DNA of 19,996 nucleotides from Terrimicrobiaceae bacterium (lineage in GTDB: Bacteria > Verrucomicrobiota > Verrucomicrobiia > Chthoniobacterales > Terrimicrobiaceae), in NCBI GenBank assembly GCA_044342325.1, contig JBIIPZ010000045.1, forward strand, positions 1 to 19,996, given 5' to 3'. A program made the position numbers and the translations under genes. Positions 17,027-19,996 of this stretch are shown here, in pieces (position 1 is the first letter of the stretch; every line of letters starts with the position of its first letter). The notes beneath the pieces are model-generated. The model saw nothing but the letters and a program-made list of their open reading frames with translations, did not search any database and was not told where the DNA came from.

Positions 17027-18451
17027 TCAGTGGTTTTCGTAGAACCCGAAGTAGCGACGGGCGTTGTGATAGCTGATGTCTTCGACCATTTTCCCGACGA
17101 GTGCGAAGTCGGAAGGCAGGAGTCCGCGCTCGATGTCGTTCCCGAGAATATTGCAAAGTAAGCGGCGGAAGTATTCGTGGCGCGTGTAGGAGAGAAACGA
17201 ACGGCTGTCGGTGAGCATGCCGACGAACTGGCTCAGAAGGCCGAGTTGCGAGAGGCTCTCGATCTGGCGCGTCATGCCGTCGAGTTGATCGAGAAACCAC
17301 CATCCACTGCCGAATTGGATTTTACCCGCTGTGATGCCGTCCTGAAAATTTCCGAGCATGGTTGCAACGAGTTCGTTATCGCGGGGGTTGAGGTTGTAGA
17401 TGATCGTCTTGGGCAAGTTGCCGGTGAGGTCGAGTCGGTCGAGGTGTTTTGCAAGTGCTGCAGCTACTGGCAGGTCGCCGATAGAATCGAATCCACAATC
17501 TGCGCCGAGCAGTTTCTTCATTCGTGTGTTGTTGTTTCGAATAGCCCCGTAGTGAATCTGCATGGTCCAGCCTTTGGCTTCATCCATCAGCGCGAGTTCG
17601 TGAAGCAGATAGGATTTGTATCGCAGCGCCTCATCAGGCGTCACTGCACCATCCGCTCGTGCCTTGGCGAAGATCGAGGTCGCTTTGCTCTCTGTGCAAT
17701 CTTCAGCCCAGATCGTATCAACGCCACGGTCGGAAAGACGGCACCCACGCGAGGCAAAGAAATCATGCCGGTTTTGCAAGGCCTGAATGAGATCGGAAAG
17801 CGTGCTGATGCTGATGCCCGAGGCGTTTTCGAGCGCCTCGAGCCATGCGGCGAAGGCGGCTGGCTGATCAATGATGAGGGCTTTGTCTGGACGCCAGGTC
17901 GGACGCACTTGGATATCAAACGACGCATCGGCGGCTATAGCGGCATGATGTTCCAACGAATCCACGGGATCATCAGTTGTGCAAACGACTTCGACTTTTG
18001 ATTTTTTCATCAGGCCGCGGCAGGAAAAATCCGGCTGAGCGAGTAGCGTGTTACAGTGATCGTAGATGCCGCGCGCTGTTTCGGGATTGAGGAGCCGGTC
18101 GCCAATTCCAAAGAAACGCACGAGCTCGATGTGCGACCAATGGTAGAGCGGATTGCGGAGCAACTTCGGCATCGTGGCAGCGTATTGCTCAAACTTTTCC
18201 CAATGAGGTGCATCGCCGGTGCAGAAGCGTTCGTTGACGCCTGCGGTGCGCATCGCCCGCCATTTGTAGTGATCGCCCCCAAGCCAGAGCGTGGCGATGT
18301 TGTCCCAACGAATGTTGTCCGCAATTTCCTTCGGAGGAAGATGGCAATGATAGTCAATAATCGGCAGATCGGCCGCGTGACGGTGGTAAAGCTCGCACGC
18401 GGCGGGGGTGTCGAGAAGGAAGTCTTCGTGGATGAAGGGGCGGGAATTCAT
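17027..18451 (-). CDS. uxaC: Uronate (glucuronate/galacturonate) isomerase
   Basis: FIHEDFLL, PIIDYHCHL, GDHYKWRAMR, NPLYHWSH, CTTDDP, GSGWWFLDQ and GMLTDSRSFLSYTRHEYFRR. ATG 18451. Confidence 0.97.
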   Translation of the reverse strand: MNSRPFIHEDFLLDTPAACELYHRHAADLPIIDYHCHLPPKEIADNIRWDNIATLWLGGDHYKWRAMRTAGVNERFCTGDAPHWEKFEQYAATMPKLLRNPLYHWSHIELVRFFGIGDRLLNPETARGIYDHCNTLLAQPDFSCRGLMKKSKVEVVCTTDDPVDSLEHHAAIAADASFDIQVRPTWRPDKALIIDQPAAFAAWLEALENASGISISTLSDLIQALQNRHDFFASRGCRLSDRGVDTIWAEDCTESKATSIFAKARADGAVTPDEALRYKSYLLHELALMDEAKGWTMQIHYGAIRNNNTRMKKLLGADCGFDSIGDLPVAAALAKHLDRLDLTGNLPKTIIYNLNPRDNELVATMLGNFQDGITAGKIQFGSGWWFLDQLDGMTRQIESLSQLGLLSQFVGMLTDSRSFLSYTRHEYFRRLLCNILGNDIERGLLPSDFALVGKMVEDISYHNARRYFGFYENH

Positions 18452-18457
18452 AGCCAA

Positions 18458-19705
18458 TCAGCAGAAAAGTGGGTCTATGTGTTTTTTAAGCAAGTTGTCG
18501 CGGACTCGGCGTCCAACAATCTCGCGGTGAGCCTTCAATGCGTCGGTGTAACGCGCCCCCATGCCAGCGGCGACTTTGAATGAGACATGAATGAATTGCC
18601 GAAACTGAAGATCGTATTTCGGGCAAGAGGCATCGTGATTGAGAGCCTCGACAAAGTCCTGCGAAGTCCAACTGCGGACGGTTTCAATCGATGGGAGCTT
18701 CGGAATTTCAATATCCACGACCGGTGCGTAGGGTTTGATGAGTTCCTCAGCCAGAGGCAACGCAGCGGCGTAAATATCTTTTGCAATGTCTAATCCCTCG
18801 CCTCCGGCTTCAGCCAGACCAGCTACTTCTTCTAGCCAGGTGGTGCCAGCGGTTTTGAGGTGCAGGCCAGCACCGTGGCGAGCGACAAGCTTACGAATGA
18901 TCGGATAGAGCGAGAATTTGTCGCTACCGGAATGGACGCTGATTTTAAGCGTCTCGGGCAAACCGAACTCGCGCACCGCATAGGCCAAAACAGCCAGATC
19001 CGCATCAAACTCGCGCTCAAAAGCCGATATGTCGCCGACATAGTCCACGCCCTTGTTGAAACGACCAGTGAACTTTGGCGCGATGGTTTGGGCGGGAATT
19101 CCTTCATCAGCGATCATGGCAAGGATGATCAACAACTCTGCGGGAGTCTGTGGAGTGTCGGTTTCATCCACCGAAACCTCGACGGCGAATGAGTCCGCTG
19201 GTTTTGCGGCCGCGATGTGACGGTAAATCCTGCCCGCCTCTTGCATCGCCCAAAGAAACTTGCCCGCCGTTCGCTCAAGATCGGCGCGAGTGATTTCCAG
19301 TGGCACATCAAGCAAGGGAAGCCGATGAGCACCGACAAGGCCGGAGCGTTTTTCGAGGAACGACGCCAGACTCTCAGGGCTTGCGGGCTTCCCCGAATAA
19401 TCAGCGACATCGAGCGTGAAGAAATCGCTCGCAGCGATAAATCCGTCAACAGTGTGCAGGTTGATATGATCGGCATCCACGAAGTATGGCGCGGTCCAGT
19501 TAAGCGCCTTCACAGCGGCATCCGCCTCGGCGCGTAGATCCTCGGGCTTGGTGCCAATAAGGGTGTGCTCGCGGTTCGACTTGTTCCACACTGGATGAAG
19601 CGGCACACCGCGCTTGGCTGCGGATTCAACTGCAGAGAGCTGAGCCTCGCCTTGGTGGGCAAAACGGTCGCCCATACCGATAGTAAATCGTGGTAGTTTT
19701 TTCAT
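18458..19705 (-). CDS. uxaE: Tagaturonate/fructuronate epimerase (UxaE family)
   Basis: GMGDRF, WNKSNREH, FVDADH, FTLD, EVSVDET, APKFTGRFNKGVDY, SVHSGSDKFS and HLKTAGTTWLEE. Lies directly upstream of uxaC. Confidence 0.92.
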   Translation of the reverse strand: MKKLPRFTIGMGDRFAHQGEAQLSAVESAAKRGVPLHPVWNKSNREHTLIGTKPEDLRAEADAAVKALNWTAPYFVDADHINLHTVDGFIAASDFFTLDVADYSGKPASPESLASFLEKRSGLVGAHRLPLLDVPLEITRADLERTAGKFLWAMQEAGRIYRHIAAAKPADSFAVEVSVDETDTPQTPAELLIILAMIADEGIPAQTIAPKFTGRFNKGVDYVGDISAFEREFDADLAVLAYAVREFGLPETLKISVHSGSDKFSLYPIIRKLVARHGAGLHLKTAGTTWLEEVAGLAEAGGEGLDIAKDIYAAALPLAEELIKPYAPVVDIEIPKLPSIETVRSWTSQDFVEALNHDASCPKYDLQFRQFIHVSFKVAAGMGARYTDALKAHREIVGRRVRDNLLKKHIDPLFC

Positions 19706-19907
19706 AGTGGGTGGAATTTTTTGGTTTTAAAGAGAGTGTTCCAAAGAGCACAGGAACACTCACCCGCCTGACAACACAAGGGAACTTGAAAGCGGCAGCC
19801 ATTCCAGCACGAATGACATAAACTGCTAGTATGCGAAAACCCATTTCCAAAGTGACAGTCCATCCCCCGCCGGGCATGGGCGTCAAGTTAGCGGCCCACG
19901 GTCTTTC

Positions 19908-19919
19908 AAAATCGATTTT
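19908..19919. promoter_or_regulatory. Perfect 12-bp palindrome, candidate transcription-factor operator upstream of uxaE-uxaC
   Basis: AAAATCGATTTT, CG-centred with A/T arms as in LacI-family operators, about 200 bp upstream of the uxaE start. Confidence 0.3.
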
Positions 19920-19996
19920 TTCGGTTTTTTGCGACGGAGTAAAAAAGCGTTTTTGTCCTCGAGGAGCCACTCGAACTCCTCGCCTTTCTCGATCTG

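Noticed and set aside
1..19996. CRISPR array, tRNA/rRNA, IS element or integrase
   Set aside because: No regularly spaced repeats, cloverleaf, terminal inverted repeats or recombinase motifs were seen, and nearly all the sequence is accounted for by protein genes.

Overview
GC-rich bacterial chromosomal window. The HU, AccD and HflX sequences and the frequent lack of Shine-Dalgarno motifs suggest Verrucomicrobiota; this is inference only. The first ~1.8 kb looks like the decaying edge of an accessory or defence island. It holds an orphan C-terminal fragment of a type I restriction R subunit, an intact AbrB-type antitoxin/PIN toxin (vapBC-like) pair with a palindromic operator, a 41-codon ORF coupled at both ends, and a hypothetical gene broken by an in-frame TGA. 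The rest is mostly housekeeping: zwf-glk, a stand-alone cheD-HDOD pair, hflX, an operon of CPBP protease-comF-accD-folC, bioA, a lipoprotein amidase, hisF-fur, HU, a class B PBP (PBP2-like) and uxaE-uxaC. No rRNA, tRNA, CRISPR array, integrase or transposase was recognised. The best candidate for an under-described system is the translationally coupled CheD deamidase + degenerate HDOD module, which has no chemotaxis genes nearby.
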